Notes: generated by a model not told the origin, from the sequence alone. Positions 28,673 through 39,428 are shown, counted from the first letter of the stretch. The stretch is 64,000 bases of DNA from an uncultured Rhodospirillales bacterium (GCA_913060675.1 CAJXUS010000017.1:3988-67987), one strand, 5' to 3'. Numbers and translations: made by a program.

Positions 28673-28852
28673 GGACTGTATTACGATACTTAATACTTAG
28701 GAAAACTGATCATGTATGGAAAGTTGTCCAATCTCATTTTGACCAACTCCTTAAAAAAACTTGATCAAAACTTGCATTCGTCATTTTTAACACTAGGCTT
28801 AATATCTGAAATACTTGTATTTTCTATAAAATAACCAACAAAAGACCTGCTC

Positions 28853-29101
28853 ATGAAACCTTTCATACCACCAAAATTTGAATTCATACTCTTTGGTTTT
28901 CTTTTATCGGGCATGATGTCATGCATCGTGACTTTTATAGCAATCATACAGACTATGGGTTTTGTACCTGAGTTACTAATTACTTGGTTAGAAACGTGGC
29001 TCTCTTCCTGGTTGGTCGCGTTTCCTATCGTATTGGTCGTAGCACCTTTGGTTAGAAAAACCATACATAAGCTCGTGATTTCAACGAACTCGAATAACTG
29101 A
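28853..29101 (+). CDS. DUF2798 small membrane protein
   Basis: LSGMMSCIVT...WLSSWLVAFP...VAPLVRK pattern. Confidence 0.8.
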   Translation: MKPFIPPKFEFILFGFLLSGMMSCIVTFIAIIQTMGFVPELLITWLETWLSSWLVAFPIVLVVAPLVRKTIHKLVISTNSNN

Positions 29102-29225
29102 TCCAGAGCATATTAAGTCGTGTATTAATTCACGGGCTTGATCGTATTTCAAAATCATATATAATTTACCAATCGGTTTATTATATATAAACACTTCTGA
29201 CTACAACCTACTTTCAGGACGGAAA

Positions 29226-29609
29226 ATGAGTGAAATCGTTAACGTTAACTGGCTTGCAATAACTGTAGGTACCATTGTTTCATTCTTACTTGGATGGGCA
29301 TGGTATAGTCCCAAACTCTTTGGTAAAAAATGGGCAGAGGGTTCTGGTATATCCCTTGATAGTACAGATAAAATGCCGGTTTTTGCGATGGCTACTCAGC
29401 TCATTGCTTTATTTTTTCTCGCTTGGATTATAGGAATAACTGCTACAAATAACGCGTTATTTACAGCAATTTTTACAATAATCGCAATCGCATCATTCGT
29501 AGCTTCCGCAGGAGGATTTGTAAAAAAATCAACCTATGCCATCGTGGTTGATTTTGGCTACATCGTTGCCGCAGGTGCCTGTATGATAATCATACAGGGT
29601 ATATTCTGA
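29226..29609 (+). CDS. DUF1761 family membrane protein
   Basis: VNWLAITVG...LGWAWYSPKLFGKKW motif; four TM helices. Confidence 0.85.
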   Translation: MSEIVNVNWLAITVGTIVSFLLGWAWYSPKLFGKKWAEGSGISLDSTDKMPVFAMATQLIALFFLAWIIGITATNNALFTAIFTIIAIASFVASAGGFVKKSTYAIVVDFGYIVAAGACMIIIQGIF

Positions 29610-29649
29610 GTTTGAATTCGTAAACTTAGATATCAATTTTAGATACGAG

Positions 29650-30576
29650 TTAACCCGGAGAGCAAAAAGAAGACTGCTCCCTCCTAGTAGTGATACCTTT
29701 TGACGAGGGAATTTTGGTAGCAGCGGACAATTGGCTATCCAGAAAAATAAGTGCTGGCTCTATTTCTTTCGACCATAATTTCCAGTCATGGTTTCCATCT
29801 GTAATCCTCAATTCTGCAGCTATCTTTTGACTTTTCAATTGTTGATAAAAGGCAAAAGTTCCGTCGTACAGGCCAAACCAATCATCATCTCCTACAGTTA
29901 AATAAGTTGCTGGCGGATTGGAAGCTGTCTGAACGAGAGTAAACACGTTCTTTTCATTGTATTTGGTCACTGAAAATGGGTCATCGAAAGCACCGGCAAA
30001 AAGTTTAATTTGCACAGGTTTAAATTCATCCTTGCTGATAACATTTGGGAAGATCGCTGGACTTAAAGCGGCCACTGAAGCAAAGCTTTCCGGAGATCTA
30101 AAAGCAAACCTTAACGCGCCATACCCTCCCATTGAAAGACCTGCAACAGCACGCCCTTCTCTCGTTTTTAAACTATATAGTTCTGCTTCTAGGTATTTCG
30201 GGAGATCGTGTAAAAGAGCCGTTTCGTACTTCCCATATTTGGATGAATTAACATACCAGGATTTCGACGCAGAAGGCATTACAACAAGGATAGGAGAAAT
30301 GCGCCCCGCCGATATCAGTCGATCAAGAGTTTGGCCAACTTGCCCAGCCTTTAACCAGTCACGATGTGTACCTCCATAGCCATGAAGAAGATATAGAACC
30401 GGATAGGATAAACCGCTATCACAATACCCTTCTGGAAGGTATAAAGAATACGGCGTGGAGCTAGCCAACGAAGGTAAGTCAATGTGCCGATCAATAACTT
30501 TGCCGCCAGCAAAAGCACCGGACAAGGCGCTCAAATAAACAAAACTTATTGATATGAGAACCCCAATTCTCATCAC
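29650..30576 (-). CDS. Secreted alpha/beta-hydrolase (putative esterase family)
   Basis: Signal peptide, YPVLYLLHG, nucleophile elbow GLSMGG, VGDDD, GNHDW. Confidence 0.85.
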   Translation of the reverse strand: MMRIGVLISISFVYLSALSGAFAGGKVIDRHIDLPSLASSTPYSLYLPEGYCDSGLSYPVLYLLHGYGGTHRDWLKAGQVGQTLDRLISAGRISPILVVMPSASKSWYVNSSKYGKYETALLHDLPKYLEAELYSLKTREGRAVAGLSMGGYGALRFAFRSPESFASVAALSPAIFPNVISKDEFKPVQIKLFAGAFDDPFSVTKYNEKNVFTLVQTASNPPATYLTVGDDDWFGLYDGTFAFYQQLKSQKIAAELRITDGNHDWKLWSKEIEPALIFLDSQLSAATKIPSSKGITTRREQSSFCSPG

Positions 30577-30618
30577 TTATAACAGACTTCTATATTCAAG
30601 TTTATTATCTCCATATTA

Positions 30619-31845
30619 TTATTCGGCAGGCTGAACCGCGTTATCCCCAATCCTCGTATGTGTTACGGGCTTTGGGACAGATTTATGTACGGGTTTCGTC
30701 CTCCATGGAGATGACTTGGTCCAAGACATAACATAAGCAAAGCCAATTAGAATAACAATTCCACTCACATTTATAATTGTAAGGCCAAGCGCTTCGCGGC
30801 CAATTTGATCAAGAATTATGCCCCCAATCCATGAAAGCGTCATACTCAAAAGGAAAACAGGTAACGCCTGTTGACCACACTTGATAATGGGATCGAAATA
30901 ACGGTGTTTGAGTATTTGTTCACGCCCTTTGAGCAAAGTCACACAAATATAGGCCAAAGCAAGGAAATGTATCCAACGCAGAATTCCAAAGTTAGTTTTC
31001 TTGAAGCCATATATCAATTCAGACCTAAACTCTTTCAATACCGGGAACTCACGCATAATTGGCCAGTTACTAATGGGAACCAGTGCAAGGACAAAAATAA
31101 TGCAGGCGAGTAATAAGTATCTGTTAGGTGGCGGGGCTTTTATCCAGCCGGCGGATATTGCAAAACCAGTAAAAAATAACAGCTGCCAAGCCAACGGGTT
31201 AAAAAACCAGGGTCGGTTAGAAAAAGGTTCAGCAGGAAATTGTAATTCCCAATACCAAGTTGCTATGTACAAACCAAGTGAGAACACAGGGACCATCAAA
31301 GGATGTATTCTTGCGAGTAAAATTACCACGGGGACAAGAGCCAAAACCCCTATGTACATGGGCATGATATCAAAGAAATTTGGTACATAGGTCAAAGTAA
31401 ACAAGCCTGCTAAGGCTTCACCCGTATTATTAAAAAAATACGTCAGGTTTAATTTACCAATATAATTAAAGTCTATGAAATAGGCCGTTGCAACTGCACA
31501 AACAGTGGCAAGGACGAAAAATAGTCCCAGATGAGCCATATAGATCTGGACACAGCGGATGACAATACGCGCCGTTCCCATAAAGAATCCCGAACGTCGA
31601 AAAGTTCCACCAAAAGCAATCGCCGCAGCAAAGCCAGAACAGAAAACAAACATTTCCGCAGCATCACTCGGTCCAAATCGTGCGGGTATGAACTTCGCCC
31701 AATAGTTTCCAGGAACATGAGCGACAAAGATAATCAACATCGCCACCCCCCTGAAAAAATCCAAGCGGGGATCGCGTTCTCTCTTCACCGCAACTGCTGC
31801 TTGAGACAACTTTTGTTCGGGAGGGAGCGCTTTATCTATATTCAT
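30619..31845 (-). CDS. opgC: OpgC-domain membrane protein (OPG succinyltransferase-like)
   Basis: RDPRLDFFRG, SDAAEMFVFCSG, PNFFDIMPMY, WFFNPLAWQ and CGQQALPVF motifs. Confidence 0.85.
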   Translation of the reverse strand: MNIDKALPPEQKLSQAAVAVKRERDPRLDFFRGVAMLIIFVAHVPGNYWAKFIPARFGPSDAAEMFVFCSGFAAAIAFGGTFRRSGFFMGTARIVIRCVQIYMAHLGLFFVLATVCAVATAYFIDFNYIGKLNLTYFFNNTGEALAGLFTLTYVPNFFDIMPMYIGVLALVPVVILLARIHPLMVPVFSLGLYIATWYWELQFPAEPFSNRPWFFNPLAWQLLFFTGFAISAGWIKAPPPNRYLLLACIIFVLALVPISNWPIMREFPVLKEFRSELIYGFKKTNFGILRWIHFLALAYICVTLLKGREQILKHRYFDPIIKCGQQALPVFLLSMTLSWIGGIILDQIGREALGLTIINVSGIVILIGFAYVMSWTKSSPWRTKPVHKSVPKPVTHTRIGDNAVQPAE

Positions 31846-32141
31846 TTACTCATAACTCGGTTCATTTTTCAGGGTTGTCGCCTTCTCTATCTTTAAAATG
31901 ATACCGGATCAATGCCCTATACAGTAAACCCTGTTCGCGAAGTTGTGATGAGGATTGTATATCCTCGCCCTAACAGAAAGATTACAAAAAACCAATCTAA
32001 CATAGATACAAGTGAAAAACTTGGAGGAAGACAAATTACAAAAAAATGCAAAAAAAATGCAATGCCACAGAAATAACCCTTGAAAAGCCATTACATTTCA
32101 GCGACTTCCTCTGCAACATAGATTACATAGAATAAGAACTG

Positions 32142-33701
32142 ATGAACCGTAGAGACTTTCTTCTAACAACAATATCTTTAGCTGGAGTAGGTTTTATACC
32201 TGGCGCAGTAGCGAAAGCAGCCACTGGCGCTTCCCTTACCAGTTATGATGATGTCATTTCAAAAGCTGAAAAACTCGCACAAAGAGTTTATTCCAAGCCG
32301 CAGAATGGCCTGAGTGATTTTTGGAAGACTATGTCGGTAGAACAGTTCTCTAAGATTTATTACAATCCACAAAAGCCGCTCTGGAAAGACAGCGGCCCCT
32401 TTCAACTTCAGTTCTTTCACCCGGGCGGCCCCTATTTTCACGATACCGTTGCCATCAACTTGCAAAACGACGGCAAAGAAGTCGAACAAACAATTCAACC
32501 CGGTATGTTTTGGTATGAAGGCGAGCAACCCACAGAAAAAGATTTGGATAACCTCCAATTCTCAGGGTTCAGAGTTCATCACCAACTGAACAGTGAATAC
32601 TATGATGAGCTTATTTCATTCTTAGGGTCGAACTACTTTCGCGTACTTGGCATGAACCAGCAATATGGCCTTTCGATAAGAGGTCTTGCCATCGACACAG
32701 CCGAACCCACTGGAGAAGAGTTTCCCGTTTTCCAGGAATTTTGGATTGAGAAACCCGTCGCGAACTCTGCAGACGATGCCAATTCTGTTGTCATTATGGC
32801 TCTTCTTGATAGCCCGAGCATTACAGGGGCTTATCGGTTTATCATTCAACCTGGTGAAAACACTGTCATTGATGTTGAAGTATCCTTGTTTGCCCGAGAA
32901 GACATCCAAAAGCTTGGTCTGGCACCCCTCACAAGTATGTTCTTGTTTGGTGAGAATACCAAAGGGTTGGATGATTATCGATCTGAAGTACACGATTCAG
33001 ATGGCCTAATGGTTGAAACCAGTACAGGGGAGTGGCTCTGGCGTCCCCTTACCCGTCGAAAAGATCTTACAATTTCGTCTTTTGTCGACAGCGGGACAAA
33101 AGGTTTTGGCCTTTCCCAACGCGATCGAAGCTTTATGCATTATGAAGATCTCGAATCTCGTTATCAAATCAGACCCAGCATTTGGATAGAGCCAAAAGAA
33201 GATTGGGGTCCGGGTCATGTTGAACTCGTTGAAATCCCATCTGATCTGGAGACGACTGATAACGTTGTTTCCTACTGGGTATCCGACACACCGCTCAAAG
33301 CAGGTACGTCACATCGTTATGGTTACCGCTTAACCAGCTACATCAAATCAGAACAATGGCCACCTACTGGTAAAACCTTTAGCACCAGAGAGGGACCAGC
33401 AAATCGAGCTGGGTTTGCCTATGGACATCCCTCTGATGCCCGCTTTTTTGTCGTCGAGTTCGACAGTCAAAAACTTAAATCTATTCCAGGAGGTAGCCCC
33501 GTAGAAGCAACATTCACCTGCCAAGCAGGTAAGATCTATGATGTAAAAGCTTTTAAAAACCCTGAAAACAATCTATGGCGAGCGGAATTCAACTTGAAAC
33601 CAACCGACGATCGACCTTGTGATTTACGAGGTTTTCTCAGGTTAGGAGATGAAGCTCTGACCGAAACCTGGACTTATCTTTATACAACGAAATACGCTTA
33701 A
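32142..33701 (+). CDS. Periplasmic glucan biosynthesis protein, OpgG/OpgD family, with a Tat-type signal
   Basis: N-terminal RRDFL; FLGSNYFR, QQYGLSIRGLAID, EEFPVF, APLTSMF, RSEVHDSDGL and ETTDNVV motifs. Confidence 0.92.
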   Translation: MNRRDFLLTTISLAGVGFIPGAVAKAATGASLTSYDDVISKAEKLAQRVYSKPQNGLSDFWKTMSVEQFSKIYYNPQKPLWKDSGPFQLQFFHPGGPYFHDTVAINLQNDGKEVEQTIQPGMFWYEGEQPTEKDLDNLQFSGFRVHHQLNSEYYDELISFLGSNYFRVLGMNQQYGLSIRGLAIDTAEPTGEEFPVFQEFWIEKPVANSADDANSVVIMALLDSPSITGAYRFIIQPGENTVIDVEVSLFAREDIQKLGLAPLTSMFLFGENTKGLDDYRSEVHDSDGLMVETSTGEWLWRPLTRRKDLTISSFVDSGTKGFGLSQRDRSFMHYEDLESRYQIRPSIWIEPKEDWGPGHVELVEIPSDLETTDNVVSYWVSDTPLKAGTSHRYGYRLTSYIKSEQWPPTGKTFSTREGPANRAGFAYGHPSDARFFVVEFDSQKLKSIPGGSPVEATFTCQAGKIYDVKAFKNPENNLWRAEFNLKPTDDRPCDLRGFLRLGDEALTETWTYLYTTKYA

Positions 33702-35560
33702 TGCAGGACACATTAATGAACAAACAATCAGATAAATCCTGCAAAACCGGTCTTTCGAAACTTCGGTACCGAAGAAGACTACTTCTTGTTTTGTTGCTAT
33801 CATTGACCGTCGGCGCGCTTAGCACCAACCTTGCACTCAATTTATTTGAAAACGGGCTAAGCCTCCTCGAAGCGGCCTATGTATTTTTATCAACAATTGC
33901 TTTTCTTTGGATCAGCCAGTCGTTCTGGACCTCAGTTATAGGTTTTATCTTCCGGCTGATTTATTCAAACAAAGCAGCCTCTGTCGTTACGCCTCTAGCC
34001 CAGGATCTTGATCCAAATTCGACACCTAAAGGCCAAACAGCCATTGTAATGCCAGCGTACAATGAAGACCCAGATCTCGTATTTTTGGGGATGGAGCAAA
34101 CCTTGCGCTCAGTCCTTGCTACGGGTCACGGTAACTCTTTTGATTTCTTTATTTTAAGTGACACAACTGATCTAGACATTGCAGCAAAAGAAGAAACTCT
34201 GTCACAAGAGCTCTATCATCGCTATGGCCTGCAAGGAAAGTTTCACTATCGACGCAGAGAAATAAATACCAATCGAAAAGTTGGTAATATTAAAGATTTT
34301 TGCGACCGTTGGGGCGATGATTATGACTATATGGTGGTGCTTGATGCCGATAGCATAATGTCTGGTGAAACAATTCTCAACATGACGAGAATGATGGACA
34401 ACAACTCAGGCACAGGGCTCATCCAAGTTCTTCCTCGCGCCATGGGGCAGAAAACTCTCTTTGGCCGATTAACCCAATTCAACATCAGATTAACAGGTGA
34501 ACTATTCGCCACAGGCTTGAGTTATTGGGCCATGAATGATGGCAATTACTGGGGTCACAATGCCATCCTGAGGTTAGCCCCCTTCATCAAACATTGTGAT
34601 CTTCCCATATTATCTGGGAAGGGTCCTCTGTCCGGTGAAATCTTAAGTCACGATTTTGTTGAGGCCGCATTGTTGCGCCGTGCAGATCAAGATGTTTGGA
34701 TCTATCCCGAAGGCAAAGGAAGTTATGAACAGGTTCCGACAAACATCCTAGATCACATTGTCAGGGATCAGAGATGGTGTCAGGGCAATTTTCAGCACAT
34801 GCGTCTGATCGGCACAAAGGGATTAAAGAAAGTCAGTCGAATTCACATGTTGATGGGGGCCATGAGCTATGCCTCGTCTTACCTTTGGATGATGCTGTTA
34901 CTCATGAGTGCTTTCCTGGTTACCGAGCGTACAATGCCAATTAGCCCGGTAATTCCGCTTCCGTACGAATGGTCGATGTTGACTCCTTATACCGCATCAC
35001 CACTCAGCTTGTTTATCATTGTTATGAGTATGCTATTTGCCCCGAAAATACTCGCCTTAATACTGGCGTACAAAGAAACAAACTCCTACGGCGGCCCGAT
35101 CAAACTTACCATAAGCTGCCTGATCGAGATGGTTTTCTCTGCGATAACGGCCCCGGTATTAATGATATTCCACGTAAAGATAATCACTGCTCTGTTACTT
35201 GGAAAAACCGTTAAATGGGATGCTCAAAGTCGTAATGGTCGAACTATCCCATGGGGTGAAGCTTTCAAACAACACAGAGCCCATTTAATCGCGGCATTGG
35301 TTCTGGGAGCGGTATATCTAAATCAAGCTCCAGAATTACTCCCATGGTTAGCACCCATACTCATTGGGTTAATTATGAGCGCACCATTGGCTGTTGCTTT
35401 TGGTCAGGAAAAAATTGGTCTGTTTCTCCAACGCCACGGTATTCTACTTATTCCTGAAGAAACAAAACCTCCAGAGGAGTTACCGTTAATTTTTACCAAG
35501 CTGATACAAGAGCCATCCGGTTTCAACGATAACGCTCTTTCCCACAAAGCAGCTGAATAA
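33701..35560 (+). CDS. opgH: Glucosyltransferase OpgH/MdoH (GT2), short form
   Basis: MPAYNED, FILSDT, RKVGNI, VLDADS, NYWGHNAI, LSHDFVEAA and RDQRWCQGN motifs. Confidence 0.95.
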   Translation: MQDTLMNKQSDKSCKTGLSKLRYRRRLLLVLLLSLTVGALSTNLALNLFENGLSLLEAAYVFLSTIAFLWISQSFWTSVIGFIFRLIYSNKAASVVTPLAQDLDPNSTPKGQTAIVMPAYNEDPDLVFLGMEQTLRSVLATGHGNSFDFFILSDTTDLDIAAKEETLSQELYHRYGLQGKFHYRRREINTNRKVGNIKDFCDRWGDDYDYMVVLDADSIMSGETILNMTRMMDNNSGTGLIQVLPRAMGQKTLFGRLTQFNIRLTGELFATGLSYWAMNDGNYWGHNAILRLAPFIKHCDLPILSGKGPLSGEILSHDFVEAALLRRADQDVWIYPEGKGSYEQVPTNILDHIVRDQRWCQGNFQHMRLIGTKGLKKVSRIHMLMGAMSYASSYLWMMLLLMSAFLVTERTMPISPVIPLPYEWSMLTPYTASPLSLFIIVMSMLFAPKILALILAYKETNSYGGPIKLTISCLIEMVFSAITAPVLMIFHVKIITALLLGKTVKWDAQSRNGRTIPWGEAFKQHRAHLIAALVLGAVYLNQAPELLPWLAPILIGLIMSAPLAVAFGQEKIGLFLQRHGILLIPEETKPPEELPLIFTKLIQEPSGFNDNALSHKAAE

Positions 35561-35630
35561 GGCCGTTACCGGGATCAATAACGCCTATCGCAGTTTATTG
35601 ATCCCAGTTTCAAATTAAGACTCAGTATTA

Positions 35631-37121
35631 TCAAGATAGGTTATTGGAGCGCGGCAAGTAGATAGTCGCGTTAAGCCCTTGAACAGGTTGATTTATCAAA
35701 TCAACCGTACCCTGATGAGATTGAATGACACTGCTTACGATACTTAAGCCAAGTCCACTGCCACCAGTTTCTCTGTTACGGGACTTTTCTAGACGGTAAA
35801 AAGGCTTGAGGACATTTTCCATTTCATCTTCAGGAATACCCGGGCCTCTATCGATTACTTCTATTAACGCCCTGCTCGGCTCAATTGTTAAGCACACTTT
35901 GGCTTGAAATCCATACTTTACCGCATTTGCCACAAGGTTTGTGATCGCGCGTTTTAGGGCCCGTGGTCGCCCCTGCATCACTCCCTTTGTTAAACTATCC
36001 AAGGGCACTGACTTTTCTTGTGAACTAAAAACAGTGCCTGTAGTTCGCAGAGTTGGGTATTGAATTGGCAAAAAGGTTACAGGCATTCCAACATCAGAGA
36101 AATCATCGCAAATAGATTGCACCAAAGAAACAATTTCAAAATATTCCACTTCCTCTGTCTCTAGCCCACCTTTGAGAAAATCAATGGCATCTCGTGTCAT
36201 CGCCAGCATGAGATCAAGATCAGCAAGGATCTTATTCTTTAGCTCTTCATCTTCAACAAATTCCGCCCGAAGCCTTAAGCGTGTGGCGGGCGTTCGAAGG
36301 TCGTGAGAAATCGCCGTCAACATACGGGTTCGTTCCTCTATCACTTCGGCTTTTTCTTCTTGTTCAAGGAAAAGACGCTCTGCTATTTCACGAGCTTCTT
36401 TAGGCCACGAAATATGAGAAAACACCTTTTCCCCAGATATAACGCCATCGCCAAGATAGCGAAATGGGCGTAATATTTTGCGTGTCCCCATTACATATAA
36501 AAGGGCCGTAAAAAGCATCCCAGAGATCATGATTAACAACCATTGAACCTCCGTGGTTCGGTCGCGCCAGTACTTTGGGCTAGAAACAATAAGCTCATCC
36601 CCGTTCGGCATAACCAATACGATGTTTGAAGATTGATCATGCCGCGCGACTGCAGAAACCAAAAATGTTAGTCTTGCTGTTAAATCTTCAGGAGGGTGGT
36701 TTGTTTTTAGTAGTCGTGAACGAGGTTTTCCACCAAAAACCGTCAGAGTTATTTTTGGTGTTCGCCATAAGGTCGAAGCATTCGTGACAACTTTCGAGTT
36801 CCCCACTAATGAGGTGCTATCTTGGTAATCTTGGTCTTCAGAATTAGCCAGTTTGAACTGAACGGCGTCCGCTCTGTTAAAATTTGCAGTGGCCAAAACG
36901 CGTCTTTCCTCTGGTACATGAGAAAGTTCTTCATATACCCTTGCGATAACTGGCCCAATCCATGTCGCCTCAGCAATCTCGGCCCGCCGACTTATGATCG
37001 CACCTACCCCAATTGCTGCAAACGACGTGGCTAGCATACCGCAACAAAACCCGAATATTAATATGCGTAACCGAACTTTTTCGGGGAACCACTTTTTTAA
37101 AATTGTGTTAATAACACTCAC
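35631..37121 (-). CDS. Sensor histidine kinase (two TM helices, HisKA, HATPase)
   Basis: H-box AISHDLRTP, N-box NLVANAVKYG, DRGPGIP, FYRLEKSRNRETGGSGLGL. Confidence 0.93.
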   Translation of the reverse strand: MSVINTILKKWFPEKVRLRILIFGFCCGMLATSFAAIGVGAIISRRAEIAEATWIGPVIARVYEELSHVPEERRVLATANFNRADAVQFKLANSEDQDYQDSTSLVGNSKVVTNASTLWRTPKITLTVFGGKPRSRLLKTNHPPEDLTARLTFLVSAVARHDQSSNIVLVMPNGDELIVSSPKYWRDRTTEVQWLLIMISGMLFTALLYVMGTRKILRPFRYLGDGVISGEKVFSHISWPKEAREIAERLFLEQEEKAEVIEERTRMLTAISHDLRTPATRLRLRAEFVEDEELKNKILADLDLMLAMTRDAIDFLKGGLETEEVEYFEIVSLVQSICDDFSDVGMPVTFLPIQYPTLRTTGTVFSSQEKSVPLDSLTKGVMQGRPRALKRAITNLVANAVKYGFQAKVCLTIEPSRALIEVIDRGPGIPEDEMENVLKPFYRLEKSRNRETGGSGLGLSIVSSVIQSHQGTVDLINQPVQGLNATIYLPRSNNLS

Positions 37122-37871
37122 TTAAGACCGCCCTTTAACAGAGCTTTCGCCCACCTTCTCTGCAAAGATATAGCCCTGTCCTCTAACAGTTTTTATAAGC
37201 TTGGGCTTATCACAGTCACCTTCAAGTTTTTTACGCAATCTACTCACCTGAATATCGATACTGCGATCAAAAGCGATAGCCTCGACCCCTCGGGTGGCAT
37301 TGATTAAATCATCCCGGGTTAAAATTTGTTGTGGTTGTTCGAGAAAGGCAACAATCAAAGCAAATTCACCAGATGAGAGATGCACAACAAATTTATCAGG
37401 AGAACGCAGTTCTCGTTTTCCCTCGTTTAAGATCCACCCACAAAATTTGAATAAGCGGTTGGCAACCTTGACGCCCTCATCTTCCTCATCTGTTGTTGTT
37501 CCCGATACACGACGAAAAATAGCTTTCATACGGGCAAGAAGTTCCCGAGGGTTAAAAGGTTTTTCCAAATAATCATCTGCTCCGACTTCTAAACCAACTA
37601 TACGATCAGAATCCCCCGTAACTGCCGTGAGCATTATGATGGGCACATCCGACTTTTCTCTGACCGACTTACATAGGCTCAACCCATCTTCACCAGGTAA
37701 CATTATGTCGAGTATGATGAGGTCTATAGACCAGCGTGCAAGCTCGCGACGCATCTCTTCGCCGCCCCCCGCGACAGAGACTCTAAATCCTCGTTGAGTT
37801 AAAAATCCCGTTAAAAGCTCTCTAATTTCTTCGTCGTCATCTACGATCAGAAGGTGTTTAGCCTTTTCCAT
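37122..37871 (-). CDS. OmpR-family response regulator (GltR-like)
   Basis: LIVDDD, LDIMLPGEDG, GADDYLEKPF and RSIDIQVSRLRKKL motifs. Start placed at ATG 37871. Confidence 0.95.
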   Translation of the reverse strand: MEKAKHLLIVDDDEEIRELLTGFLTQRGFRVSVAGGGEEMRRELARWSIDLIILDIMLPGEDGLSLCKSVREKSDVPIIMLTAVTGDSDRIVGLEVGADDYLEKPFNPRELLARMKAIFRRVSGTTTDEEDEGVKVANRLFKFCGWILNEGKRELRSPDKFVVHLSSGEFALIVAFLEQPQQILTRDDLINATRGVEAIAFDRSIDIQVSRLRKKLEGDCDKPKLIKTVRGQGYIFAEKVGESSVKGRS

Positions 37872-38115
37872 ACTTTTACCTGTAATATTTCGCGCCTGCG
37901 GCAACTGGCTGAAAATTATAAACTTATTATTCTTAATGTATCTGTTTGTAACAACCGGACCGGTCTGCAATCTTCTGTTACCTTAAAAGGATCGCAAATC
38001 TTGCCCGAAGGAGTTTTACTAAGCCTATCGAAACCAAAGTGCCCTGAACAGCTAACAATAATCTATGGGGCGCTCCTTGGTTCTTTGTCAACAATACACG
38101 GGGAGGAAATTGGGA

Positions 38116-39378
38116 ATGAAAAAACTTACACATAAACTTGCGGTATCCACCGCTCTTGTCAGTTCACTTATTCTTGGCGCTGTAAATGTTCAAGCTCAAC
38201 CGACTGCAGAAGTACTTCACTACTGGACATCTGGTGGCGAAGCTAAGGCTGTTAAAGCTCTAAAAGAAGATTTCGAAGCCAACGGTGGTAAATGGCTCGA
38301 TGCTCCGGTAGCTGGCGGTGGCGGTGATGCTCAGGCTGCCGTCTTGCGCTCACGCGTACTTTCTGGCAACCCACCAGCAGCGGTTCAGATCAAAGGCCCA
38401 AACATCCAAGAATGGGCCGAAGCAGGTGCGCTTGGTGATCTGACAAAACTTGGTGAACAGGAAGGTTGGGATAACGTTCTGCCTCCATTGCTCCAGGATA
38501 TCGTTAAACACGATGGTAAATACGTTGCTGTACCTGTTAACATTCACCGTGTTGACTGGATCTGGGTCAACCCTGAAGCACTTGCAAAAGTGGACGGCGA
38601 ACCACCCCGTACATGGGACGAATTCAATGCACTTGCTGACAAACTACAAGCAGCAGGCATCATTCCATTAGCTCATGGTGGTCAACCTTGGCAGGATGCA
38701 ACTGTATTTGAAACAGTTGCTCTTGGTCTCGGCGGAGCAGAATTTTTCAATAAAGCCTTTGTCGAACTCGACGCTGATACACTGAAATCAGACACCATGA
38801 TCAAAGTGTTCGATCAGATGCGTAAAATGCGTGGTTACGTCGATGCCGACTTCCCTGGTCGTGACTGGAACTTGGCGACAAGTATGGTTATGCGCGGCGA
38901 AGCAGCCATGCAGATTATGGGCGATTGGGCAAAGGGTGAATTCATTGCTGCAGGTAAAGAGCCTGGCAAAGATTTCCTCTGTATCCCAACCCCTTCAAAA
39001 GGTGGATACATTCTGAACTCAGACAGCTTTGCTATGTTCAATGTAACAAACGATGATGACAAAGCCGGACAAGAACTACTCGCTCGCCTTATCCTTGGTG
39101 AAAAATTCCAGGAAACATTTAACCTTTATAAGGGTTCAATACCTGCTCGTATGGGTGTTTCCGCTGAGAAATTTGACGAATGTGCTGTTAAATCCATGGT
39201 CGACCTTCAGGCTTCTTCAGAAGCCGGATCTCTTGTCGGTTCTGTCGCGCATGAAATCGCTGCATCTGGTGCCGTCCGCGGTGCCGTACTTGATGTGGTA
39301 ACTGAACACTTCAACTCTAATATGACTTCTGAAGCCGCTGTCGCGCGCCTTGCAGAATCTATTGAACTCGCCGAGTAA
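38116..39378 (+). CDS. Sugar ABC transporter substrate-binding protein (GtsA-like)
   Basis: Signal peptide; EVLHYWTSGGEAKA, PVAGGGG, PVNIHRVDW, HGGQPWQDATVFE and MQIMGDWAKGEF, as in Pseudomonas-type glucose-binding proteins. Start placed at ATG 38116. Confidence 0.9.
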   Translation: MKKLTHKLAVSTALVSSLILGAVNVQAQPTAEVLHYWTSGGEAKAVKALKEDFEANGGKWLDAPVAGGGGDAQAAVLRSRVLSGNPPAAVQIKGPNIQEWAEAGALGDLTKLGEQEGWDNVLPPLLQDIVKHDGKYVAVPVNIHRVDWIWVNPEALAKVDGEPPRTWDEFNALADKLQAAGIIPLAHGGQPWQDATVFETVALGLGGAEFFNKAFVELDADTLKSDTMIKVFDQMRKMRGYVDADFPGRDWNLATSMVMRGEAAMQIMGDWAKGEFIAAGKEPGKDFLCIPTPSKGGYILNSDSFAMFNVTNDDDKAGQELLARLILGEKFQETFNLYKGSIPARMGVSAEKFDECAVKSMVDLQASSEAGSLVGSVAHEIAASGAVRGAVLDVVTEHFNSNMTSEAAVARLAESIELAE

Positions 39379-39391
39379 TCCTCCCGGTGTT

Positions 39392-39428
39392 GGCGGTGCG
39401 TCTCCCAAGGAGCACCGCCTCTTTTTTT
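39392..39428 (+). terminator. Stem-loop with U-tract after the binding-protein gene
   Basis: GGCGGTGC-N12-GCACCGCC-TCTTTTTTT. Confidence 0.6.

Noticed and set aside
28765-29064. 99-aa minus-strand ORF
   Set aside because: It is antisense to the recognisable DUF2798 gene.
37872-38115. GltR-type binding sites (GTTACAAA and GGTAACAG on the minus strand)
   Set aside because: Only loose 8-mers with unclear spacing; too weak to call without an alignment of orthologous promoters.
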